Source: Verrucomicrobiaceae bacterium
GTDB taxonomy: Bacteria > Verrucomicrobiota > Verrucomicrobiia > Verrucomicrobiales > Verrucomicrobiaceae
Reading direction: 5' to 3'
Length of the DNA: 47,207 nucleotides
NCBI GenBank assembly: GCA_947477755.1
Contig: CANJVS010000001.1
Span: 1 to 47,207, forward strand
This document shows positions 19,621 to 28,905 of this stretch, piece after piece; the stretch's first letter is position 1, and every line of letters begins with the position of its first letter. The notes below the pieces were generated by a model. It saw only the letters and a program-made list of their open reading frames with translations, was not told the DNA's origin and ran no database searches. The position numbers and the translations under genes are program-made.

Positions 19621-21489
19621 GTGATCCCCATAGTTGACCCGACCACTCTGACGAAGGCAGATGCTTATAAACAAGCTAAGCTGATCTTCGCCACGAGTGG
19701 TCGGGCATCTCTCGACCCAAATTGGTTCGAGCTTCCTGAAAATCTTCAACATCAGTGGCATATTTGGTTTGATGGAGGCCATGAAGTGCACTCCGCAACC
19801 TATTCTCAGCGAGAAAACATTTGGCGCGAAGGCCCCAAGTTGACGCTTCCAGCCCTGACTACGGGTGAAAACGTCGATCAAGTTTTCCACTCCCTGTTGG
19901 ACTCTGATTATTTCGACGAAAGGCCGAAGGCCATCGGAGTAGTTTATCATGTAGCCGATGAGTTCGCTCAAGCCGAACTAGCGGAATTCACTACAGGACT
20001 GAGTGTCGCTGAAGACATTCAGATGATGCGGTACAATCTGACCGACGAACCGGTTGAGTTTCTGGCTGACAAAAAGATTTCTGAGGAACTGACCACTTGG
20101 AGGTTGCTCTACATGCATGGAGCAATGGCGGGACAGGTTCGTTTTGTTGCTGTCAGTCTGTCACGGTACCGTGAGGCATTTTCAAAAAAACTACTCATTG
20201 CTGGTGAATCTCATCGCATTCCCGTCAGAATAGCGATCACGGCGGCTCCACTTGAGGCTTTGGCTGCAATGCCATTGATCGGATTACCTCAGGATGAGGG
20301 GTATTTACTGGTCATACCATACCTGAAATTCACGGTGGTCTTCGCAATGAACTCATCTGGGGAGCTGGTTAGCATGCGTAGTCTGCCCCACAAAGTTGAA
20401 ATTCCGGTGCCTTCAGGCTTTGGCGATATCCTCTGGAATATGGCGATTCGAGCAGAGATCATGGGTGCCAATGAACCCCTTGTGGTTCTGGCGGCCAAGA
20501 GTTCACTCGAGCTGCAAGACATAACGCGCGAACTCTACACGTATTCAGCCAGACACCACCCACTTCGCCTGCATGGAATAGATTTGTCGGCTCACCCAGC
20601 GATGAAGGCAGTGACCCATCATCATTTGGAATTTTTAATTTATAGCACCAGCGAAATACAGCGCGCCCGCGAAGAAACTCCCGCCTTGGCCAACACAAAG
20701 ACATTTTCCAATCTCTGGGATTGGATGGCTAAGCAAAGTTTTTTCAATATTGGCAAGTTAGATGACCAATACCCCACTCTGGCTGATTTGCGCCTCATGC
20801 ATCTCTCGGTGTGGGTGAACCGATTGTTAGTATGTTCGCTATTTCTGGCTTTTGGCTATGGCGGTTATTCGATCTTCACCGCGATGAATCACCCTTCATG
20901 GGGGCTAACGCCTGATGAAATCAAAATTTCAGAGGAACGGAATGCTCAGCTTTTGCGTGAAAGTCAGGAGATCGCACGGACGAATTTACTGATGCAACCA
21001 CGCTCAAGAGGTTGGGTTAACTTGGAGTTTTTATTCCAGCTCTTTCCTGAAGATTCAGGGGTAAGACTGGACGAATTCAATTATTCGATGGCGTCGGATG
21101 CGCCAACCAAGACAGCGATTAAGGGTGCTGTCGCAGCAAACGGGACCATCGGAGCCGTAATCGGCATGTCTCGAACCTGGAAGATTAAAGGCATGATCAA
21201 GTCCAAAGGTTTGGAATTACTGAGTAACCTAAATAGCCAGCGTGGATTGCGGGTGTTTTTTGAAAAGGTCGAAAAAGCGACAGGGGATTCCAGTTATCAA
21301 CCGGATCCTTCCCGCTTACTCTCAATCACCCTGACGCAGGCGCGAAACTCTCGCTACAATGCCCAAACAACGGCTTCGGAAATCCTGCGTGATCCGGCCG
21401 TCACTTATCCGTTTACTTTCGAGGCAGTCATCACTCAAAACTTTCCGGACAAGGACCCTCTGGCTCTGCCCACCGAGAAACCGTTCTAG
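19621..21489 (+). CDS. GspL-like (PilM+PilN-type) alignment protein, putative
   Basis: GTG start; about 400-aa soluble N-terminal part, one TM helix (WVNRLLVCSLFLAFGYGGYSIF), coiled coil, then a PilN-like LFPEDSGVRLDEF...WKIKG segment. Position in the operon supports this. Confidence 0.55.
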   Translation: MIPIVDPTTLTKADAYKQAKLIFATSGRASLDPNWFELPENLQHQWHIWFDGGHEVHSATYSQRENIWREGPKLTLPALTTGENVDQVFHSLLDSDYFDERPKAIGVVYHVADEFAQAELAEFTTGLSVAEDIQMMRYNLTDEPVEFLADKKISEELTTWRLLYMHGAMAGQVRFVAVSLSRYREAFSKKLLIAGESHRIPVRIAITAAPLEALAAMPLIGLPQDEGYLLVIPYLKFTVVFAMNSSGELVSMRSLPHKVEIPVPSGFGDILWNMAIRAEIMGANEPLVVLAAKSSLELQDITRELYTYSARHHPLRLHGIDLSAHPAMKAVTHHHLEFLIYSTSEIQRAREETPALANTKTFSNLWDWMAKQSFFNIGKLDDQYPTLADLRLMHLSVWVNRLLVCSLFLAFGYGGYSIFTAMNHPSWGLTPDEIKISEERNAQLLRESQEIARTNLLMQPRSRGWVNLEFLFQLFPEDSGVRLDEFNYSMASDAPTKTAIKGAVAANGTIGAVIGMSRTWKIKGMIKSKGLELLSNLNSQRGLRVFFEKVEKATGDSSYQPDPSRLLSITLTQARNSRYNAQTTASEILRDPAVTYPFTFEAVITQNFPDKDPLALPTEKPF

Positions 21490-21492
21490 CGT

Positions 21493-22056
21493 ATGAGCCT
21501 TTACACCCAGCCGATCATTCAACGCGGGCTTGTCAAGCCGGGCGTCGTGAATCTAGCGATCCTGATGCTGGCTCTGTATGGAATTAGCGAAATCGTCACC
21601 ATTCGCGCCAAGAAAACCGAGTTGTATGAAAAACAACTGCTGAGAAATCAGGCAAACAAAAAACTTGAAGAAGCCAATCTGCCTAAGAGACCGACATTTG
21701 AAGATCAAAAGAAAATACTTCGGGCTGACCCAGGATTGACGTACACGAAAGTTCTGGACCGTCCGTTAACAAAATATAAAGAGATTGAACTGGACCGTAG
21801 TAGCCTTGTTTTTCCGATTGATCGCGGCAGCATTGGTCGAAATGTGAAATGCGATTTGGTTCGCGTGAAAAGCGTCTATACAGGTGGTTTAGGCCCTATG
21901 CAGGAAATATTGTTGCAGGTGGAGTCCCTTATGCCGCAATCGGTGTTGGAAGAAATGAAGATCTCGCGTAAACCCAGCTTGCTGATGAATCATCAGGAAA
22001 CGCTCATGCTGGAGACCACACACACTTGCTGGAAGGCAGAGGAAGCAGTGCGATGA
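21493..22056 (+). CDS. PilO/GspM-like bitopic membrane protein, putative
   Basis: N-terminal TM, coiled coil, and a C-terminal YTGGLGPMQEILLQVESLMPQSVLEEMKI segment typical of PilO/GspM folds; synteny agrees. Confidence 0.5.
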   Translation: MSLYTQPIIQRGLVKPGVVNLAILMLALYGISEIVTIRAKKTELYEKQLLRNQANKKLEEANLPKRPTFEDQKKILRADPGLTYTKVLDRPLTKYKEIELDRSSLVFPIDRGSIGRNVKCDLVRVKSVYTGGLGPMQEILLQVESLMPQSVLEEMKISRKPSLLMNHQETLMLETTHTCWKAEEAVR

Positions 22057-22673
22057 AATTGATCATTATAACAGCCTTCGCTGTGCTGATCACTATGATG
22101 GGCACTTTGAACGCACAATCCGCTTCAAAAGCAGCCAAGGTTGTCACTCCCCAGCGAAAAAACCTTTTTGTCGGCAATGATACTCCAGGACTGCTGCCGA
22201 CCAATAAAATCACACCAACCGCAAGTGAGTTGGAAATTAGTGCCCAAAAGCTAAGTGGACGATTACGCAACCAGGACCCGTTCGATCTGGCTACTTTCCC
22301 GAGCGAGGACGCGATTCAACCGATTTTGGATGACGAACTGCCACGAGAAACGGTTCGCATTACTCTAAATCAGGCGTTGCAGACCTTGAAGATTAATGGA
22401 GTTAATCTGGTCGGGAAGGAGTTTCTCATTGGCGGCCGAAACGCTTTCGAGGGGGATGTGATTGAGTTATCCTTCAAGGGCGAACTATTTCAGGCCCAGG
22501 TAATGGAGGTCGGAGCCACGCAAATTGTCTTCCGTGATTTACAAAAAAATGAGACAGGTATACTCTCGCATAAAAGTGTGCCTAATCTTTCGATCGAACC
22601 GATGAAAAGCAAGGCTTCACCGTTGATAGATAGAATGACCCCAATGGAAACCAACACCTCCAGTAAAAAGTAA
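22053..22673 (+). CDS. PilP/GspC-like exported protein, putative
   Basis: ATGA overlap with the upstream gene; signal peptide; RNQDPF motif and LKINGV...EGDVI...VMEVGATQIVF beta domain; directly upstream of the secretin. Confidence 0.5.
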   Translation: MKLIIITAFAVLITMMGTLNAQSASKAAKVVTPQRKNLFVGNDTPGLLPTNKITPTASELEISAQKLSGRLRNQDPFDLATFPSEDAIQPILDDELPRETVRITLNQALQTLKINGVNLVGKEFLIGGRNAFEGDVIELSFKGELFQAQVMEVGATQIVFRDLQKNETGILSHKSVPNLSIEPMKSKASPLIDRMTPMETNTSSKK

Positions 22674-24541
22674 TGAACAGAACAGCCGTCCAATTTTTCA
22701 CTCTGATGACGGCCTGTGCCATGCCTGTTGCCGCACAACAAGTTGGCTTGGAATCAACACCGCCATCAGCAATAAAGCAAATTGTCGAAAGCGCATTGAA
22801 TGAACCAGCACCCACAAAGACAGGGATGACTGGTTTGCCAGTCCTGGCTGAGGATGGTTACTGGATTGAGAAGGCACCCATCAATGAGGTGTTCCAATAT
22901 CTAGCTCGATGCGCCTCTCTCCAGTATTTTCACAACAATGAACTCGACTTGCCTGAGTATGTGGTGACAGGGCATCTTAAGCTCGACAATCCCAGGCAAC
23001 AAATGGAGGAGCTGGCTGTCGTTTATGGGCTTAATGTCTATCAACAAGATACAACCATATCACTTGTAACCGAGCAGCAACAATCTCGGTTGCCGGTCGA
23101 GGTTATGAGTTATCAGTTGAAATACTTGCGGGGAGCCTCACTCAATAGATCAATTAGCGCGTCATCCTCAGGAGCAAGTGGAGCGAAGCCCTCAGGGGGG
23201 GGCGGAGGTAGTGCCAGTGGTGGTGGTGGCAGCGCCTCAGGCGCGGGCTTAGCCGACTTCGAAAAACTTAAATCGATCATTAAACCGATGCTGACTCGTG
23301 AAGTCGGAATGATCGAGTTTGAGGAGAAAACTAACACGCTTCTCGTGACAGATAATAAAGTAAAGCTCGAGCGCGTCAGTAAACTGCTGCTTGAAATCGA
23401 CAAGCCCAAACCGCAGATCATGATCAATGTTAGGGTTCTTAGGGTTAAAAGGGGGCAGGGGCGTTTAACTGGGGTGGATTGGACCGGCGCGTTGGGCGCT
23501 TCTGGAATCAGCGTCAGTGCTACACAGAGTTTGAATGCACTCTTTAATCTACCAAACTCTAGCAGTCTCTCCGTTAGCGGATCGCCTAATTCTCTGACCT
23601 CCGCAATCAAGAAGGAATATACGCCTGGAAGTGGTTTGATTTTCGATTCCGCCAAAGCACAGGTGATACTCCGCGCCTTAGAGTCGTCGAATCTGGTCAG
23701 TCAGGAAGCCTGCCCAACTATCATCACAGAAGATAATGAACAGGGTATCATCTCGATTGTGGATCGCTTCCCCATCCTGATAGCAACCGTGACCACCTCG
23801 GCCGGAGTACAAAATATTAGCGAACAGGTGCGGTATAAAATTGATGAGTCTGATGCAGATTCTACCCAGGCACCGGAAAAAAGCCGAGAGATTGGAGTCA
23901 CTTTATCGGTTACACCGACGCTTCTGCCGGACGGTACGGTGCGTATGAAATTAAGACCTCGAGTGGCGAAAATAATAGAATTTGTTGCCGGGAAAAACAG
24001 CACCGGAAGCGTTGGAAATTCTTATCCACGCGTTAGCGAATCCACCGTGGAGGCAATTAGCCGCATTCCAAGCGGTCAGTCCCTCTTCTTGGGAGGATTT
24101 TATGATTACAACAATACGGGTGATCGCAATAAAGTGCCCATTTTAGGTGATCTGCCATTTATCAAAAAGTTGTTTGGCAACAATTCAAAGCAGATGGAAC
24201 AGCTCAGTCTAGTGTTCGTCATCACGCCCAGCGTCTATGATGCCGGAGATATCGGAGACATCCAATCGATCAATGCGGACGTCGGGGAGTATTCACAAAT
24301 GCCTCGCGATGATGGTGCCGCCAACCCACAATTACTCCCAGAAGCAGATTGGTTAAAAGCTGAGAGAGCCACACCATTCCAGCAAGCACCGGCGGACGCA
24401 ACAGTGACAAACACGAAAAGTTCGGAACCCGGCTGGATTGGGCGTCTATTTTCGCGCAAGCCAAAAATGACCAATGTTCCGGTGGCGGAGTCTCCCAAAA
24501 CCTATCCTGCCTTTTCGCAGGGAACCCGCAGTAAACGCTAG
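22673..24541 (+). CDS. Secretin (PilQ/GspD family outer-membrane channel)
   Basis: Signal peptide; N3-type TNTLLVTD...EIDKPKPQIMINVRV; EIGVTLSVTP; LFLGG; KVPILGDLPFIKKLF; LVFVITP. Confidence 0.92.
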   Translation: MNRTAVQFFTLMTACAMPVAAQQVGLESTPPSAIKQIVESALNEPAPTKTGMTGLPVLAEDGYWIEKAPINEVFQYLARCASLQYFHNNELDLPEYVVTGHLKLDNPRQQMEELAVVYGLNVYQQDTTISLVTEQQQSRLPVEVMSYQLKYLRGASLNRSISASSSGASGAKPSGGGGGSASGGGGSASGAGLADFEKLKSIIKPMLTREVGMIEFEEKTNTLLVTDNKVKLERVSKLLLEIDKPKPQIMINVRVLRVKRGQGRLTGVDWTGALGASGISVSATQSLNALFNLPNSSSLSVSGSPNSLTSAIKKEYTPGSGLIFDSAKAQVILRALESSNLVSQEACPTIITEDNEQGIISIVDRFPILIATVTTSAGVQNISEQVRYKIDESDADSTQAPEKSREIGVTLSVTPTLLPDGTVRMKLRPRVAKIIEFVAGKNSTGSVGNSYPRVSESTVEAISRIPSGQSLFLGGFYDYNNTGDRNKVPILGDLPFIKKLFGNNSKQMEQLSLVFVITPSVYDAGDIGDIQSINADVGEYSQMPRDDGAANPQLLPEADWLKAERATPFQQAPADATVTNTKSSEPGWIGRLFSRKPKMTNVPVAESPKTYPAFSQGTRSKR

Positions 24542-24554
24542 TCATAACATTTCA

Positions 24555-25151
24555 ATGCCTTCGGAAACCATTACAGGCATTCTTTTCCCTCAAAAAGTTG
24601 TTACTTCTGACCATGAAGCTATTGTCGATGTCTTGAAAAGAATCGCCATCTGCTGTTCCGAGTATCTAGTGGAGGGTGGCTATCTGTTAAAAAATGAAAC
24701 CGAGGGCTATCAAAGTGAGTATTTGAGTTATCTAAAAAAAGGTTCAGTGCCGGTGGATTTCATCGCCTTTCTGGCAGAGGCAAAAGTGAAGGATCACTCT
24801 CTGTCATTGGAATCGGAAGTATCAAAAATTCAACAAATACTCAATGAGCGATTAAGCGGATCCGTCTATTGCTGGGATTTTGGTCCAATGCCGGGGAAGC
24901 AATCATTGTTATACGAAACTCATCCTGAGGTGATGAGAATATGCGAGCGCTTAAGATGTACAGCGACGGATGCAGGCGATCCAGGAATCCTTCATATTGC
25001 TTCGATCAATCCGATTTCTGCCTTGGTTGCCAGCGCTTGGATTGCCCACGAAGTGACACAAAACTCGGTGCATGAGCAGCCTTTTGTATTCACCTTCATG
25101 GTTAGTTTTCCAGTTTGGACCATGCTTTTGCATCAACATTTTCTTGCATAA
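24555..25151 (+). CDS. Hypothetical protein, possibly a stand-alone PilB/GspE N-terminal-like domain
   Basis: ATG 14 bp after the secretin stop; TAATG overlap with the ATPase; LHIASINP segment resembles the LxVAxxDP motif of the T2SSE N-domain. Confidence 0.5.
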   Translation: MPSETITGILFPQKVVTSDHEAIVDVLKRIAICCSEYLVEGGYLLKNETEGYQSEYLSYLKKGSVPVDFIAFLAEAKVKDHSLSLESEVSKIQQILNERLSGSVYCWDFGPMPGKQSLLYETHPEVMRICERLRCTATDAGDPGILHIASINPISALVASAWIAHEVTQNSVHEQPFVFTFMVSFPVWTMLLHQHFLA

Positions 25152-26842
25152 TGAACCTGAATCTGGGCATCACCTTCAATGAGACGATCGAAAAGCAGGT
25201 GATCGCAAATCTACGTGCATTTTCATCTGAGGGGAAAACCCTTTCTGATGACAAACTCGTTAAAATTTCCTCTAAAGCTCGTATCCTCGGTGCAGTCGGG
25301 CATACAGCGGGACTGCCAGTTTTTCCGAATGTTCGTGAATTGGCAAATCCAGAGTTTGTTAGCCAATGTGATGCCACGGTTCTTTCGCGAGGAATGTTCG
25401 TTCCGTTGCGCCGTGGTAATAATCGAATCCTTTTAGCTGTAGCGGATCCATGGGACTACCGGGCAGACGATTATTGCTCTTTGAGTTATCCCAACGATGT
25501 CCAACTCAAGGTGGTGACAATGGCCTCGGAAATTTCCGCCATCATTGAGGGGGTTTCAAATTCATCCGGGCCAAGCCAGGCTACACTCGAGGCAGTTCAA
25601 GTGGATGAGTTTGCGGAAGATAATCTCGATTTCGATGTAACCTGCACCTATGAGGAGACAATCGCGCAACTTGTGGCGGGAATGGTTGCGGATGCCATCA
25701 AGCAGCGAGCATCGGACATCCACATAAAGACTGAGAAGAATAACTTTCAATACTGTTACAGAATTGATGGTGACCTGAGGCAGCGTGTGGAAATGCCGCT
25801 AAAACTAAAGGATCGTGTCGATGCCTTTTTGTTAAACATGATGAGTTTGTCTCCCGAGGAGCGCAGCAAGAGGCCTGGGATTTCTGGTCGTTTCACGGCT
25901 CTTTATTATGGGCGCTCCGTTGGTGTGCGTTACGAGAGGCATCGCACTTACCGGGGATATCACATCACCATGCGGTTGCTCGACAAAACGCATTTGGAGG
26001 CGCGCTTGGGAATGGGCACGCTAAAATTTGACAAGGAAACTCTGTTCCAATTGGAAGCGGCGATGGCTATCCCCTCCGGAATCATCGTGATGTCAGGTCC
26101 TACAGGAAGCGGTAAATCTACGACACTTAACGCGATGCTACGGGAATTGAATCATCCGGAAGACAACATTCTGACGCTTGAAAACCCGGTTGAAGATGAA
26201 ATCCCCGGGGTCACTCATTGTGACTTGCGTGACTCCAGCGAGTTCAAGCCGATGATCAGCAGTTTCATGCGCTCAGACCCCAATGTCATTCTGATTGGAG
26301 AGGTCAGGGACCGGGAATCGGCAGAATTGGCCATTGAAGCTGCGATCACTGGACACAAGGTCCTAACCACCATTCATACACCACGAGCCTCGTTAGTGAT
26401 CGAGAGATTTCAACAACTTGGAACCGAGCGCTGGAAAATTGCCCAAACATTGAAAGCGGCATGCGCGCAGCGTCTGGTGAAAGTGCTCTGTCATTCCTGT
26501 CGGGAAAGAACGGATGGTGTTTCCGAACATGACACCAGGCTTTTCCATCTTGATCCATCTTGGATCACCCGGCCGGTTTATGTTCACCGCGATGGTGGAT
26601 GCCATGAGTGCAAGGGTACCGGTTATATTGGCCGTTCGGCAATTTTGGAGATTCTACCCATCAGCCCGAAGGTCGGAGACGAGTTGGCAAAGGGAGATAT
26701 CACGCCGTATGAACTGGAGCAACGCGTGCGCCGTGACAACAATGTGCCATCCATGCGTGAAAGCGGCCTGAAATTGTTGGCTGAGGGCAAAACAGATTTG
26801 GAAGCTTTGCGCAAGCAGTTGGACATGACCTATGAATCGTAA
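25151..26842 (+). CDS. pilB: PilB/GspE family assembly ATPase
   Basis: ASDIHI; Walker A GPTGSGKSTT; Walker B ILIGEVRD; His box GHKVLTTIH; tetracysteine CHSC...CHEC-GTGYIGR. Start taken from the TAATG overlap. Confidence 0.92.
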   Translation: MNLNLGITFNETIEKQVIANLRAFSSEGKTLSDDKLVKISSKARILGAVGHTAGLPVFPNVRELANPEFVSQCDATVLSRGMFVPLRRGNNRILLAVADPWDYRADDYCSLSYPNDVQLKVVTMASEISAIIEGVSNSSGPSQATLEAVQVDEFAEDNLDFDVTCTYEETIAQLVAGMVADAIKQRASDIHIKTEKNNFQYCYRIDGDLRQRVEMPLKLKDRVDAFLLNMMSLSPEERSKRPGISGRFTALYYGRSVGVRYERHRTYRGYHITMRLLDKTHLEARLGMGTLKFDKETLFQLEAAMAIPSGIIVMSGPTGSGKSTTLNAMLRELNHPEDNILTLENPVEDEIPGVTHCDLRDSSEFKPMISSFMRSDPNVILIGEVRDRESAELAIEAAITGHKVLTTIHTPRASLVIERFQQLGTERWKIAQTLKAACAQRLVKVLCHSCRERTDGVSEHDTRLFHLDPSWITRPVYVHRDGGCHECKGTGYIGRSAILEILPISPKVGDELAKGDITPYELEQRVRRDNNVPSMRESGLKLLAEGKTDLEALRKQLDMTYES

Positions 26843-26845
26843 ATC

Positions 26846-28063
26846 ATGAGCCTTTATCTAGTCACTCTGCGAAATATAGATTCCCCTTGGAAATCAGAAA
26901 TCATCGAGATTGATGCACCAAGTCGAGAGCAGGCGGCAAGCAGTGCGTTTCGTCTGGGTTTCCGTGTAGTCTTGGTAAAATCAATTTCTGGAGAAATTAG
27001 AGAAGTTAAATCCAATAAAACAATACCCCGTAAAGAACTCATCAAAATGTTTCGCGGCCTTGCCTCAATGCACAAGGCCAATATCAGCACATCAGATGCT
27101 CTGATGTACTATGCTCAAGGACTGCCTGATTTGAATTTGTGCACGATTTTGAACAATATTCGAAATCGATTGGAGTCAGGTATTCCTGTCCATATCGCCT
27201 TTGCGAAAGAACAAAAATTTGACACAACCATCATCACTCTGATCGAGGCGGGTTCAGATGCCGGGCAACTTGGTCAGGCATTCAGTTCATTAGCGCGGCG
27301 AATTAAAATTGAGATGATATTTGCCGGCAAGTTGCGAAACGCCATTATGGTGCCCGCGATCGTCATTCTCTTCCAAATTGGACTCTTCATTTATTCTCAG
27401 GTCTTTGTGGTGTCACAGGTTGAAGGCACGCTCAAGAGCGTGAAAATGGATCCGGATTCGCTTTCCAAAGTTATTTTTGCTTTCAGTCATTTTGTTCAAG
27501 TTACGTGGCCTGTTTTTGTCATCGCACTCATTGCATTCATCGTAGGCCTGTTTCGATCGGCACTTCTGCGCAGCAGGCTGCTTCTTTTTGGCATGCGCCA
27601 CTGGAACCTGCTGTTGAAGCTCGTCAGGGGAATGCGCCAGAGTGCTTATGTAGGCACCTTGCAGATGCTTTACGCCAATGGTGTTAATCTTGGCAAAGCT
27701 TCGGTTTTGGCTGCGCGCGTTGTCCAGGGAACACCCATGTATGAGGGCTTTATCAAAGCGTCTCACGATTACGAGTCGACTGGCGTGCCATTTGCCGAAT
27801 GTCTCAAACGCCATGCAAACCTTGACCCGCAGGTGACCCACATGATTGGAATCGGTGAGCGTTCTGCGTCATTGCCGCAGCAACTTGAGTTGTTGAGAGA
27901 CATCTATGAAGAGGACACGGACACTGTGATGGCCGACTTCACGCAAGTAATCAACTTTATTACCTTGGCTATAGCTGTGATGATGATAGGATTTGTCTTC
28001 GCTGGCTCAATGCTGCCAATCTTCCTGATGGGGCCACGAATGATGCAATCTGGAAAGACATGA
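26846..28063 (+). CDS. pilC: PilC/GspF inner-membrane platform protein
   Basis: Two GspF repeats (LIEAGSDAGQL and MIGIGERSASL), three TM segments, and C-terminal MLPIF. Confidence 0.9.
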   Translation: MSLYLVTLRNIDSPWKSEIIEIDAPSREQAASSAFRLGFRVVLVKSISGEIREVKSNKTIPRKELIKMFRGLASMHKANISTSDALMYYAQGLPDLNLCTILNNIRNRLESGIPVHIAFAKEQKFDTTIITLIEAGSDAGQLGQAFSSLARRIKIEMIFAGKLRNAIMVPAIVILFQIGLFIYSQVFVVSQVEGTLKSVKMDPDSLSKVIFAFSHFVQVTWPVFVIALIAFIVGLFRSALLRSRLLLFGMRHWNLLLKLVRGMRQSAYVGTLQMLYANGVNLGKASVLAARVVQGTPMYEGFIKASHDYESTGVPFAECLKRHANLDPQVTHMIGIGERSASLPQQLELLRDIYEEDTDTVMADFTQVINFITLAIAVMMIGFVFAGSMLPIFLMGPRMMQSGKT

Positions 28064-28467
28064 TAACTGACGACATTGTGCGCACTTATTTTCTTGGGAG
28101 ATTCTTCTTCAGGATTATACTTATGCTCACTATAGGGAGTTACGCCGCCGATTCGACCAAACTGATGCCAAGACCTGTGCCGGGATTGGCTAAACCGTCG
28201 TCAACCAAGGAAATCTCGGGGGTGAAAATGACTGGTACCAAACCCCCAAGCGCTCAACAACCGGATCAAGCTCGTATTCTTTTTATTTATCGTCGTGATA
28301 AGCTGCCGGCCGAGTTGGCAAAAAAGGCGGTGCAACCAAGCACTTCTGTTACGGTTCCAAGTACTACAGCCACACCGTCTGAACCGGTCATGAGCCAGAA
28401 CCGCATCAAGATCATCCCAAAGGCAGAGCTGTCTGAAATTTTAAAAGCAAAACCACTAAAGCCCTAA
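28060..28467 (+). CDS. Hypothetical Pro/Ser/Thr/Lys-rich exported protein
   Basis: ATGA overlap with the pilC stop; hydrophobic N-terminal stretch ending in YAA-D. Confidence 0.55.
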   Translation: MITDDIVRTYFLGRFFFRIILMLTIGSYAADSTKLMPRPVPGLAKPSSTKEISGVKMTGTKPPSAQQPDQARILFIYRRDKLPAELAKKAVQPSTSVTVPSTTATPSEPVMSQNRIKIIPKAELSEILKAKPLKP

Positions 28468-28484
28468 AACCACTAAAGCCCTAA
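28449..28484 (+). repeat. Perfect 17-bp tandem duplication across a stop codon
   Basis: AAAACCACTAAAGCCCT x2 plus AA. Confidence 0.9.
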
Positions 28485-28497
28485 TTGCTGATTTATT

Positions 28498-28905
28498 ATG
28501 CTTTTAGCGAATTCTCAAAAAAAACTGCAATACGGCTTCAGTCTGATCGAGGTCTCCCTGGTCATCGGGCTGATTATCACGCTTTCTGCATTTGTTGGCA
28601 TCAGCGTCAGCGCCGTACAAAACTGGCAGCTAGGTAAAAATGCCGCGCTTTCCTTGCAGGCCGTCTACACTGCGCAACGCTCGTACATGGCTGATCATCC
28701 GACATCCGATATCAGCACGGTAACTGCCACACAACTTCAGAGCTATCTACCTCAGGGGTGGTCCTCGATACCTGTCTTTGTGGGAACAAAAAATGAACAA
28801 TTAACTCTGAATTTCACGGTCATGCCGCCGCGCCTATTGAACGGTAGTAACGTTTATGACCCCTCGGGAAAGAGTGATGATGGCTTATGGGATTTGGGCA
28901 AATGA
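28498..28905 (+). CDS. Type IV prepilin (minor or second pilin)
   Basis: Class III signal QYG|FSLIE plus a hydrophobic helix; 135 aa; no Cys. Confidence 0.85.
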   Translation: MLLANSQKKLQYGFSLIEVSLVIGLIITLSAFVGISVSAVQNWQLGKNAALSLQAVYTAQRSYMADHPTSDISTVTATQLQSYLPQGWSSIPVFVGTKNEQLTLNFTVMPPRLLNGSNVYDPSGKSDDGLWDLGK

